This document shows positions 14,003 through 23,455 of a stretch of DNA of 24,000 nt, in pieces (the stretch's first letter is position 1; each line of letters opens with the position of its first letter). This DNA is from Larkinella terrae (GTDB lineage: Bacteria; Bacteroidota; Bacteroidia; Cytophagales; Spirosomataceae), in assembly GCF_009668025.1 (NCBI RefSeq), contig NZ_WJXZ01000001.1:663004-687003 (forward strand). The letters run 5' to 3'. The notes beneath the pieces are model-generated. The model searched no databases, was not told the origin of the DNA, and saw only the letters and a list, made by a program, of their open reading frames with translations. Made by a program: the position numbers and the translations under genes.

Positions 14003-15961
14003 TCAGCGGTAGAACTCCTGCCCCTGATCGAGGCCGCGTACTCCGTAGATTACAGGAGGACTACCTACTTCGAGTGCCCCCAAATCCGGCGCTTTTCCGG
14101 TGAAGTTATCATTTACGTTAGCAATAAAAACGCCTGCATCAACCGCTTTCCCGTTGGGATTGAGTTTGAAATTTAGATCTACCGCGTGATAAACAGGACC
14201 CGGCATATTACCCAATGGCGAACCTGCCTTTGCTTGAAACGGTTTTTGAAGATCCTCAAACACATCATAATCGACCGTTATCCCATGGGCTTCCAAACCA
14301 CTTGCTTTGGTAAGACTCGTCAATGTCTTAAATCCGGCCTGTTCCCCAGTGGGTGACAACCAACTAAATTGATTTTCAGGACTTTCAGGGCCTTTATTTG
14401 GCCGATATCCATTATAATCAGCCACTGAATAGGCTGTGGTAAAGGGGAAAGCAGCCACGCTCACCGGCCCGTCTGTCCCAAGAATTAAATTATTCCGGTA
14501 GTTTGAGTTAGGGTATTTGGAACCGGCGTTGCTTTCCGTAATGAACGTGTTATGATAAGCAGTGAGACCCGGCACTCCTCCGTGAATTTTAAGCGCCCCG
14601 CCCAGAGGTACATTATAGAGGATGTTCCTAATGTAGTAGGCAGGGCCACCAAATACGGGTTGAGCACTTATGCCATTCTCGGCAGCGTTCACTCCCCGAT
14701 TCCGCATGATGCGAATATTGTGTACACCACCGTCCGCTTCAATAAAGTCATCGACCATCAGGTGTAAATCGTTGTTGTAAATATCGATCGAAACCGCTTT
14801 TAGCGCCTGTTCTTTCTCCGGGGTGCCATACGTTGAGATACCGATGCCATCGTGGAAGAATGCAATGGAATTATGAGCAATGACATGCCCGGGACCATAC
14901 ACCTTGATACCGTAGTAAGAATCCAGTAGATGCGTCCCGTAAGGAATTAGGCCCTCCCGGTGAGCAGACCAGCCATACAACCGATAACGATCATCACGGC
15001 CAAGAAGGACGTTATCCTGAATCAGAAAGTTTTTTGAACCGGCATATTCGGTCACAACCCCCTCACCGACATTCTCAAAACGACAGTTCCGTATGGTCAA
15101 ATCACTTGCTCCGGCCAGATGCTTCCGGCCGGCATCGAAAACTCTGCCGGCATTTCGAAAGGTAAGCCCCTGAAAAATATGATGTTCGGTGGCCATGACA
15201 TTAAATAGAATGGCGGCTCCTGCTCCATCAAAAATAACCTCTCCATCCCCGGCGGCTTCAATGACAATCGGACGCTCCGCAGTGCCTTTGGCCGTGAAAA
15301 AATACGTACCGTCGAAGGGAATATTATGCCAATCCGGATAGTTAAGAAGAACCCCCTGATAGAGTCCACCGTGTATTTTAATAATATCTCCAGGCTGCAC
15401 CACATCCTCAGCAACCACATTCCAATCCCCCTTTGTGTTTTCGGAACCGCCGTAAGCCGAAACCAGACCCGGGTAATTCGGCTTTTCTTTCTCACCGGTA
15501 TAATACTGGGAATAGACATGCCGTACCCTTCCTCCCCGGGCAGCCTTAGGCTCGGTGCGGGTGGCAACGTTGATGACTTTAACCGCTTCCCCTTTGACCC
15601 CATCTGGGTCTTCTAATGTAAAGCGAGCCTCATATCGGGTACTGGGTTTAACGTCCAAAATACTTCCGGCAAACATAGGAGGTGTTGTGTAATCAATTCC
15701 CGCCCTTTCAATATGTTCCCCCCCAATCCTGAGGAGTGGCATTCCCTTTATCCATTCGTTGTCCGATCCCGCGATTCGATATTCGACCTTTACGGTGGCA
15801 TTGCGGTTATCGTCACCAGCGATGTACCATTCAAACCCCAAATTTTCAAGTGTTGGGGGTTCAACAATAAATTTTTGGCCCTGAACCTTGTTTTGGGCTG
15901 GTGAAAGATGCGGGAGAAGAAAGAGTAGGACGACAAATCCAGCGATCAGGTTCTTTAACAT
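14003..15961 (-). CDS. Secreted right-handed parallel beta-helix repeat protein (polysaccharide lyase/hydrolase-like fold)
   Basis: 652 aa with a signal peptide MLKNLIAGFVVLLFLLPHLSPAQ. Beta-helix-type turns recur: IRNCRFENVG, IQDNVLLGRD, IYNNDLH, IRIMRNRGVN, YIRNILYN, AYHNTFI. The substrate cannot be called. Confidence 0.7.
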   Translation of the reverse strand: MLKNLIAGFVVLLFLLPHLSPAQNKVQGQKFIVEPPTLENLGFEWYIAGDDNRNATVKVEYRIAGSDNEWIKGMPLLRIGGEHIERAGIDYTTPPMFAGSILDVKPSTRYEARFTLEDPDGVKGEAVKVINVATRTEPKAARGGRVRHVYSQYYTGEKEKPNYPGLVSAYGGSENTKGDWNVVAEDVVQPGDIIKIHGGLYQGVLLNYPDWHNIPFDGTYFFTAKGTAERPIVIEAAGDGEVIFDGAGAAILFNVMATEHHIFQGLTFRNAGRVFDAGRKHLAGASDLTIRNCRFENVGEGVVTEYAGSKNFLIQDNVLLGRDDRYRLYGWSAHREGLIPYGTHLLDSYYGIKVYGPGHVIAHNSIAFFHDGIGISTYGTPEKEQALKAVSIDIYNNDLHLMVDDFIEADGGVHNIRIMRNRGVNAAENGISAQPVFGGPAYYIRNILYNVPLGGALKIHGGVPGLTAYHNTFITESNAGSKYPNSNYRNNLILGTDGPVSVAAFPFTTAYSVADYNGYRPNKGPESPENQFSWLSPTGEQAGFKTLTSLTKASGLEAHGITVDYDVFEDLQKPFQAKAGSPLGNMPGPVYHAVDLNFKLNPNGKAVDAGVFIANVNDNFTGKAPDLGALEVGSPPVIYGVRGLDQGQEFYR

Positions 15962-16347
15962 GCTTCCTTTAAAGGGGATTTTTTTACGCCCTCCCTTCGA
16001 AAATAATACTTTTGCATTATTTTATTTTAGGTAGTCCTAAACTTGTAATGATTAGATTGTAATTATTTTTTTGGCTACCCCAAAGTATCCCGACTGCGGC
16101 AAATTATTAATCATCTTTACTTTTCAGGACTACCTTGTCTTTTTTGGGCCGACTTTCTGACCCTAGGTTTGTTGTTTTTCAACCAAAGAGAAGGTTTGGA
16201 AAGGTAAGTAACCATGACTGGTCAGTTAAGATTCGGCATTTCTTAACAAGTTGTCCTTACGTCAATTAGTAGTAAGTTAGTAATCAATATGTAGACGGAT
16301 TTTATCAATTAACCAAAATCGTGCAAATCACTATTAGCTGTCTGCTT

Positions 16348-18833
16348 ATGTTAATAAAAAGATTGCGCTATTTGCTGCTCATGGCAGGCCTTGTCTTCAT
16401 TACCTCCGTCTCTGCTCAATCGCGAAAGGAAGAACGTGCCTCAAACACCCCTCCCTACAGCGATGTAGCAAAGCAGCGATTGTTGATCCGGATTACCGCC
16501 CATTATATCCACACAATCAGCCAGGGGCAGATCGATATGGACAGCGCTGTGCGTATCCCGTGCAAGCTGTATGGGCTGAGTCCGCTCCTGGTTTACAACG
16601 AAGGATATAGCGATGGAAAACCATCCGCAGCATCCAGCTTGCTGGATGCCGGGAAAGTGGAAACAGCCAGAGCATTGCTTACCAGGCTGCGCGACGAAGC
16701 CCGACTGCGGTTATTGATCGAACTTGGCAGCTACCTGGTTTTTAGACCTGGCACGGCCAAAGCCGATCTTCAGGAAGCTTCGAAATACATCAACGAAGCA
16801 ATCGAGATCAGTACGAATAAAGCGAATCAATGGAAAATTGAGGGCCTTACCTTGCAGGCATTCCTTTTGGAGCAATCCGGTTTAACGGAAGAAAGTCAGG
16901 AAAAATTTGCTCAGGTTGTGACGCTGGCCGGGCAAACCGAAAATAGAAAGGCGCTGGCTCAAGCTTTGTTAAATGCCGGACGATCCTATCATTACGGCCA
17001 TCCGACCCGGCTTTCAAACTTTGAAAAAGCACTTTCTATTTTTCAAACACTTCAGGCCCGGGAAAAAGAAATTGAAACCCTATCGGAGATCATCATTGAA
17101 CATTTTGCTTTTAAACGCTTCAAGGTTGCCGAACAACTTATTCGCAAGACACTTGACCTGGAGACCCGCATAAATTTCCATCATCGGCAATATGCTTATG
17201 ATGCTCTGGCATACCTGGCATTCCGAAAAGCGGCTTACACCAATTCCATCTTTTACTCCAACAAAAGCCTGTCAAGCCTGGCGTCAAAAGCCGATTCGGT
17301 TTTCATTGGTCTCTTCTATACGCGTCAAGCCAACGCGTATATCCACCTGCAGAAATTCGATGAGGGATTGAGTTGGCTTACCAAAGCTCTGGAGAATCAA
17401 TCGGCTGAAACACGATTGTATTGGTACAAGGCCTTTCTGACCAAAACCCAGGTGCTCAGCAATATGAACCGAGGAGCTGAAGCGTTGCCCTTACTCAAGG
17501 AAACGGGAAGTCGATACCCCCCATTTCGCTGTTTGAAAAGATGTATTTTTCGGTTTCTTTGGGGGAAGCGTATCAAAATCTGAAACAATTTCACCGCGCA
17601 GAAATCCACTACAACGCCTTTTTAACGATGGCGGAGAAGGTTCCACCTGAATACATTTATACCGAATTTCCGTATTCTTTTGCCCGGATTTCAAACTTTT
17701 ACCGGATTATCGGTAAAACAAAAAGAGCGAGAGAACTCCTTGCTCATGTAAAAGACAATACGATCGATGCCGTAATAGGAAAAACGTGGTATTACGAAAA
17801 CCTCTTTCGAATTGATTCAACCGAAAAGCGGTATCTGGATGCCATCAAAGACCTTCAGTTAAGCATCGTCTATCAGGACACAGCGTTCAGTAACGAGCAA
17901 CGAAAAAACGCCGATGAATTGCTGGTGAAATATGAGGCTGAAAAAAAAGACAAAAATATTGAATTGCTCAACAGCCAAAACCAGTTGCAGCGTATCCAGG
18001 CTGAGCAGGCAACTAAAACAAAAAATATTACCCTGGGCGGGCTGGCGCTTCTGCTCATCATTATCGGATTGTTATTCAACCAATACCTTATCAAACAAAG
18101 AAGCAATCGTGAACTTGAGATAAACCAACGGGAGCTGGAGGCTAATCAACGGGAGCTGGATCAAAAAAATAGTCATTTAGAAACCCTGAATGCTGAGCAG
18201 AATAAATTGCTCAAAGAAAAAGAATGGCTGATCAAGGAGGTACACCACCGGGTCAAGAATAATCTTCAGATGGTCACCAGTCTGCTACACTCACAATCCG
18301 CTTATCTGAAAGACGATGCGGCTGTGCAGGCGGTCCGGGATAGCCTTCGGCGGATGCAGGCCATGGCCCTGATTCATCAGAAGCTGTATCAGGATGAAAA
18401 TACATCGACCATCTTCATGCCGGAATACATCCATGAACTGGTGCGCTACCTTCACGAAAGCTTTAAGACGGGCAACCGGATCGTTTTTAAACAAATGATT
18501 GAACCGCTGGAACTGGATGTTACGCAGGCAATCCCGCTGGGGCTGATCATTAATGAGAGTATTGTGAATGCCATCAAGTATGCCTTTCTGAATGAACAGG
18601 AGGGTATTGTGCGCATTCGCCTGCAACGCGACGGGGCGACTCATTTGTTACTCGACATATCGGATAATGGGATTGGCTTGCCAGCGGAACTTGACTTGCG
18701 CGAGCTTAACTCGCTGGGACTTGAATTGATCCAGGGTTTAGCCAGGCAATTGAATGGCAGCTTTACGATTGAAAATAACCACGGTGTGCATATATTGATC
18801 CGCTTTAGAGCGTCGCTCGATCCGCTGCTCTAA
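16348..18833 (+). pseudogene. TPR-repeat HisKA_2-type sensor histidine kinase, apparently split by a 1-nt frameshift (ORFs 16321/16348..17583 and 17541..18833)
   Basis: ORF1 has a signal/anchor (LLLMAGLVFITSVSAQS) plus a TPR-like region. ORF2 continues the TPR-like sequence, then has a TM (ITLGGLALLLIIIGLLF), a coiled coil, an H-box HHRVKNNLQMV and an HATPase (DNGIGLP). ORF2's frame is open from 17481. Adding one C to the C6 run at 17517..17522 joins them as ...ETGSRYPPISLFEKMYFSVSLGEAY... Alone, ORF2 lacks any N-terminal export signal, so its topology would be wrong. Confidence 0.65.
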
Positions 18834-19195
18834 ACCTCAACCGGAAGTTAGACCGAGCCTGATCGACCGGAAAAAGCCGCTCAAAGGAGTTGACATCGCG
18901 CTCCTGACAACGCTGCCAGCTCAAGCTCCGACTATTCCGGAATTTAGGATCGTTAACTCCGATAATTTCGGACTGCCGCGCCCGTATCATTTTTCAGTGC
19001 CGACTAATAAAAACAACAAACATCTGATTTTTAATCAGTTATGTAATTAAATTTTGTTGTTTTAAATTTTGTCAGTAAATGGCATGTAATTGGGTATTGG
19101 ATTTAGTAAGCCGCTGGTAACCGGAGCCGGTTTAGCATGTCGAATCAGTATACCTCAGTCAAAGCCTTGCTTCAAGCGTATTGGAACCAATTAGT

Positions 19196-21181
19196 ATGGA
19201 AGACATCAAGGTGCTCATTGTGGAGGATGAATTCCTGGTCGCCAATGATCTGCGGGTCATTTTGAAGCAGGCGGGCTATCGGGTGACCGGTATTGCGGCA
19301 ACCTTCGAAGAAGCTAATGAGAGTCTGCAAAAGCAAACGCCTGATCTTGTCCTGCTGGATATCCGGCTGAAGGGTAAGTTATCGGGTATCGATTTCGCCC
19401 GGAAGCTACGGACTGAAAATATTGCCTTTATTTATCTGTCGGCCAATTCAAGCCAAACCGTCTTGGAGGAAGCCAAATCAACAGACCCGTATGGGTTTCT
19501 GGTCAAGCCATTCCGGGAAAAAGATCTGCTGGTGACGCTGGATATTGCCTGGTATCGCCACCGGCATAGTCAGGAATCCAACCTGCGGCAGGAAAAGCTG
19601 TTGCAAAAACAGCTGGCAGAAATCAATCTTGAAACCGCCGGGGCGGAACAAAGGTTGCTGAAGATGGCCCGGGTCATCCAACCGTACATACCCTTTGATT
19701 TTATTGCCGCTGGCCCCAGGCCGTTCACCGACGGGCCATTCCGGGATATCGGTTATTTACGCGTCGGATTTGATGAATACCAGTTCATTGGGGCCAAAGA
19801 ATTACAAACCATCACCGGTCTGGACCGAGACGCCCTTGCCGGACGAGTGAAAAACAGCGATTGTGATGCGACCATTTATTCGGATGGCCTACCCAAACAG
19901 AAGCCCGGCGCTTATTCGCTGCAGAAGACCTTATTTGATTCGTTGAAGCTTCAGTCTTATATCGTGTTTCCTGCCACAACGGGAAATGAGCAACCGGTTC
20001 GTTATTTTTTTTACAGTCGTAAACCGGATGTCTATACCCCTGGTCATATTGCCTTATTAAATCGGTTGAAAACGTATTTGAATCCCGTCGTTGAAAAGAA
20101 GGCTTATCATAAAATTTTGTCAATTCCGACGGAAAATAGGTACGGTTTTGCCACGGAGCAAAACAGTGGCGGGGCGAAATCTCCGGGCCTCCATTCGGGA
20201 TTCCATCGGGGATTCAATAACATTATTGGAAGTCATCATCTTTTACTGGCCTCACTGGATCTGGCGTCGCAGGTAGCTCCTTACAGCACGTCGGTTTTAA
20301 TCCTCGGAGAAAGCGGAACCGGGAAAGAAAAAGTGGCGCAGTTTATCCACTCACTTTCTCCCCGGGAAAGCGGACCGTTCATCAAGGTCAATTGCGCGGC
20401 CATTCCGGCCACATTGATCGAATCGGAGTTGTTCGGCCATGAAAAAGGGGCTTTTACCGGGGCAACGGAACGACGAAAAGGGCGGTTTGAGCAGGCGGAT
20501 GGAGGAACCATTTTTCTGGACGAGATCGGCGAATTGCCGCTGGACATGCAGGTTAAATTATTGCGGGTTTTACAGGAAAAGGAAATCGAATATGTCGGCA
20601 GCAGTTCCCCCCTTAAAGTGAATGTGCGCATTGTTGCGGCCACCAACCGAAACCTGGAAAAAGAAGTTGCCAACGGTACCTTCCGGCTGGATCTGTATTA
20701 TCGTCTGAATGTTTTTCCGATTACATTACCCCCGCTGCGCGAGCGAAAAAGTGATATTGAAGCCCTGGCGGTCTATTTTGCCAACAAGTTTTGTCAGGAA
20801 TTCCATAAGCCTTTTACCGGTATTGCGGCATCCATGATGGAAGAAATGGACGCGTATCATTGGCCGGGAAATATCCGGGAACTCGAAAATGTCCTGGAGC
20901 AGTCGGTTATTCTCAATGACGGGCAATCTAAACTGGAATTAAAGCGGAGTCTGACCGGTACCACGGCGGAAGTATCCGGTAAAACAACCATCGAAACGTT
21001 CGAGGATGTCAAGTATGTGCAACGGGAAACCGAAAGAGACTATATCCTATCCATTCTCAAACGAACCAACGGGCGGATTCGGGGCACCAATGGGGCTGCG
21101 GAATTACTAAACATGAAACCGACGACCCTGGAATCAAAAATGGCGAAGCTGGGCATTAAAAAAGAGTTTTTCACGAATTGA
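19196..21181 (+). CDS. Sigma-54-dependent response regulator (REC, GAF-like linker domain, AAA+, Fis-type HTH)
   Basis: The REC domain has [12 protein letters not shown] and DLVLLDIRL. The AAA+ domain has Walker A GESGTGKE, the GAFTGA loop and Walker [11 protein letters not shown]. The C-terminal HTH is [24 protein letters not shown] prefer the ATG at 19196 over the TTG at 19181. Confidence 0.9.
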   Translation: MEDIKVLIVEDEFLVANDLRVILKQAGYRVTGIAATFEEANESLQKQTPDLVLLDIRLKGKLSGIDFARKLRTENIAFIYLSANSSQTVLEEAKSTDPYGFLVKPFREKDLLVTLDIAWYRHRHSQESNLRQEKLLQKQLAEINLETAGAEQRLLKMARVIQPYIPFDFIAAGPRPFTDGPFRDIGYLRVGFDEYQFIGAKELQTITGLDRDALAGRVKNSDCDATIYSDGLPKQKPGAYSLQKTLFDSLKLQSYIVFPATTGNEQPVRYFFYSRKPDVYTPGHIALLNRLKTYLNPVVEKKAYHKILSIPTENRYGFATEQNSGGAKSPGLHSGFHRGFNNIIGSHHLLLASLDLASQVAPYSTSVLILGESGTGKEKVAQFIHSLSPRESGPFIKVNCAAIPATLIESELFGHEKGAFTGATERRKGRFEQADGGTIFLDEIGELPLDMQVKLLRVLQEKEIEYVGSSSPLKVNVRIVAATNRNLEKEVANGTFRLDLYYRLNVFPITLPPLRERKSDIEALAVYFANKFCQEFHKPFTGIAASMMEEMDAYHWPGNIRELENVLEQSVILNDGQSKLELKRSLTGTTAEVSGKTTIETFEDVKYVQRETERDYILSILKRTNGRIRGTNGAAELLNMKPTTLESKMAKLGIKKEFFTN

Positions 21182-21316
21182 CCCGGCGATTTACAGAATG
21201 GTCGATAAAGAATGCCAGAAATAGTACCTCAAAGGCGGATACTGATCTCGTCGGTCAACAGCGAGGTCCGGTTGGTGGAGCACCGTGTATAAACCGGTTT
21301 AAAAAACAAACGGAGA

Positions 21317-21907
21317 ATGAAATCAGAAACCGAATTTTTCCTGAATTCGATTCGGCAGCGTTGTCCCTCCATTTCGGAATTTGAGCTTTCACAGTTCGCG
21401 TCAACGCTGACCTTTCTGGAATTAAAAAAGAAAGATTTCTTTCTGCAATCCGGTGAAACTCAAAAAGTACTTGGATTTATAACGAGCGGTTTAATTCGAT
21501 CTTTTTTTGTGGATCCGGAAGGGAATGAACGAACGGTTGGCTTCTACGCGGAGGGAGATTATGCCACCCACTATCCGGCTTTTATTGCCCAGCAACCCAG
21601 TCGTTATTCGATCCAGTGCCTGGAACCGACGACCTTCCTGGGTCTTTCGTTTAACGACCTGCAATGGAACTACCAACAGTCACCAAACTTTGAAAAATAT
21701 GGCCGGTTAATCGCCGAAGAAATCTTAAAAAGGCAGCAAGCCCGGATCGAGAGTTTTGTATTTCAAACGGCCGAAGAGCGTTATCTTGCTTTTATCAAAC
21801 AGGATCCCACGTTATTCAACCGAATCTCCCTGTCCCACCTGTGCAGCTACCTGGGTATCGAACGACAAACCCTCACCCGGATTCGCCAGAAATTAGCGCA
21901 TCACTAG
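21317..21907 (+). CDS. Crp/Fnr-family transcriptional regulator
   Basis: 196 aa with a cNMP-binding-like N-terminus (FFLQSGETQKVLGFITSGLIRSFFVDPEGNE) and a C-terminal HTH (LCSYLGIERQTLTRIRQKL). Confidence 0.9.
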   Translation: MKSETEFFLNSIRQRCPSISEFELSQFASTLTFLELKKKDFFLQSGETQKVLGFITSGLIRSFFVDPEGNERTVGFYAEGDYATHYPAFIAQQPSRYSIQCLEPTTFLGLSFNDLQWNYQQSPNFEKYGRLIAEEILKRQQARIESFVFQTAEERYLAFIKQDPTLFNRISLSHLCSYLGIERQTLTRIRQKLAHH

Positions 21908-21911
21908 TTTT

Positions 21912-21927
21912 TGACACAAAAGTGTCA
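21912..21927. promoter_or_regulatory. Perfect 16-bp palindrome TGACAC-AAAA-GTGTCA, candidate operator for the adjacent Crp-family regulator
   Basis: tgacacaaaagtgtca is self-complementary. It starts 5 nt after the Crp-family stop and is centred about 63 nt upstream of the NAD(P)H oxidoreductase ATG (21983). Confidence 0.5.
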
Positions 21928-21982
21928 GGTACGCCTTCTGGATTCAGTTCACCTTTGTACCATCAACTAACGATGAACAACA

Positions 21983-22570
21983 ATGGCAAGGAACATAGTA
22001 CTCATCCTGGGGCACCCATCGGAAAACTCCTTTTGCAATGCCCTGCTGGAGGCCTACCAAACCGGGGCAGAACAGGCCGGGGCCGTCTGCCAGACCATCA
22101 CGATATCCAAACTGAATTTTGATGTCAACCTCGCGGACGGATACAGAACCGGAGAAGCACAACAACTTGAAGAGGATTTGATTCGATCACAGCACCTTCT
22201 GCAATGGGCCGACCATGTTGTGCTGGCTTATCCCAACTGGTGGGGTTTTATGCCGGCCATTACCAAAGGGTTTATCGACCGGCTTTTCCTGCCCGGTTTT
22301 GCCTTTAAACATCATTCCGGAAAACTATTTCCGGAGAAGCTCTTGCGGGGAAAAAGCATGCGGTTGCTGGTCACGATGGATACCCCCAAATGGTGGTTTT
22401 ATCTGATTTATCGAGCCTCACAATACCAGATTCTGAAAGATATCGTGTTTGGCTACGTCGGTTTTGATCCCATCCGGTTTTCCACCTTTGGGTTTATGCG
22501 GAAATCGACCGACCACCAACGGACAGCCTGGCTTAGCCAGGTAGAAAAATTAGGCCAGCAGTTTAAATAA
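21983..22570 (+). CDS. Flavodoxin-like fold NAD(P)H-dependent (quinone) oxidoreductase
   Basis: 195 aa. MARNIVLILGHPSENSFCNALLEAY...ADHVVLAYPNWWGFMPAITKGFIDRLFLPGFAF is typical of the Flavodoxin_2/NQO-like family. Confidence 0.8.
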   Translation: MARNIVLILGHPSENSFCNALLEAYQTGAEQAGAVCQTITISKLNFDVNLADGYRTGEAQQLEEDLIRSQHLLQWADHVVLAYPNWWGFMPAITKGFIDRLFLPGFAFKHHSGKLFPEKLLRGKSMRLLVTMDTPKWWFYLIYRASQYQILKDIVFGYVGFDPIRFSTFGFMRKSTDHQRTAWLSQVEKLGQQFK

Positions 22571-22631
22571 GGCCGATGAGCGGTGCTTATTGGCCGACAG
22601 ACGCACTATCAATTCCTTCAAATCAATTGCT

Positions 22632-22856
22632 ATGACCAACCAAGTCAACTGGGGCACCCGTGCCCCGATCAACCCTAAAAGAGGGTTCCGAATTCACCTG
22701 CTGGTTTTCCTGCTGGTAACGCCCGCTATCTGGCTCGTCTGGTACCTCACCGACCGGACCTATCCGTGGCCGCTGTGGACGACCCTTGCCTGGGCAGTTG
22801 GGGTGCTGTTCCATTACCTCGGTGTGTTTGTTTTCAAAAAATCAGAAAACCGCTAA
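22632..22856 (+). CDS. 2TM domain-containing small membrane protein
   Basis: KRGFRIHLLVFLLVTPAIWLVWYL...WPLWTTLAWAVGVLFHYLGVF gives two TM helices with the 2TM-family pattern. I prefer the ATG at 22632 over the TTG at 22590. Confidence 0.7.
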   Translation: MTNQVNWGTRAPINPKRGFRIHLLVFLLVTPAIWLVWYLTDRTYPWPLWTTLAWAVGVLFHYLGVFVFKKSENR

Positions 22857-22868
22857 AAAACAACAGAT

Positions 22869-23438
22869 ATGAGTCTGCAACCCAAACCATTCCGACGCAT
22901 CGTGACGGGTCATGATGCCGACGGAAAAGCCATCATCGTGTCCGATGCCCCGCCCGTCCGCTCGCAATTGATCGGCGGCCCCGGTGGCCCAACTTTCTTC
23001 GAAGTATGGCATACGCTGGAAACACCGGCTTTTATTCATTCTCAACCTGACGATACGGACGAGAGCGGATTGGTATTGCCCCCGCCGAAGAACGGAACGC
23101 GCATCCGGGTGATTGAATTCCCGCCGGAAGGCGAAGAAATCCGGAAACTTACCGGAGCCGATGCGGCCGCCAAATTCAAGTCGATGGGCGACGAAAAAGC
23201 GTCGACCTCCGCAGCCGGGGCCCCGCACCCCCTCATGCACCGGACGCAAACCGTCGACTACGGCATCGTGCTGGAAGGGGAAATAACCATGATTTTGGAC
23301 AAAGGTGAGACGACCATTCGGCCGGGCGATATCGTCATCCAAAGTGGGACCAATCATGCCTGGGCGAATCGCTCCAATGACATCTGCCGAATGGCCTTTG
23401 TGCTGATCGACGGTCAATTTACCAACGATACTCTTTAA
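22869..23438 (+). CDS. Cupin domain-containing protein
   Basis: 189 aa with a C-terminal cupin barrel (VDYGIVLEGEITMILDKGETTIRPGDIVIQSGTNHAWANRS). The nearly full-length antisense ORF 22842..23417 is Arg/Gly-rich and lacks motifs. Confidence 0.75.
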   Translation: MSLQPKPFRRIVTGHDADGKAIIVSDAPPVRSQLIGGPGGPTFFEVWHTLETPAFIHSQPDDTDESGLVLPPPKNGTRIRVIEFPPEGEEIRKLTGADAAAKFKSMGDEKASTSAAGAPHPLMHRTQTVDYGIVLEGEITMILDKGETTIRPGDIVIQSGTNHAWANRSNDICRMAFVLIDGQFTNDTL

Positions 23439-23455
23439 TGCTAAAAAACTAAATC

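Noticed and set aside
18102-18164. Tandem 21-nt repeats (aaccaacgggagctgga... three times)
   Set aside because: They lie inside the kinase CDS and encode three coiled-coil heptads (SNRELEI/NQRELEA/NQRELDQ). This is a protein-level repeat, not a CRISPR-like or non-coding array.
19080-19095. Sigma-54 promoter-like string TGGCATGTAATTGGGT upstream of the sigma-54 activator
   Set aside because: The -12 element is GG rather than GC and is one nucleotide out of register with the GG-N10-GC spacing, so it does not meet the consensus. TGGCAC at about 11507 also lacks a TTGC at the correct spacing.
21178-21384. 68-aa ORF bridging the sigma-54 activator stop and the Crp start
   Set aside because: It overlaps the start of a well-supported Crp-family gene in another frame and has no motif, so it is most likely intergenic.
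22842-23417. 191-aa minus-strand ORF covering almost the whole cupin gene
   Set aside because: The + strand product has a recognisable cupin barrel and fits the same-strand operon. The minus-strand translation is Arg/Gly-rich with no motif.
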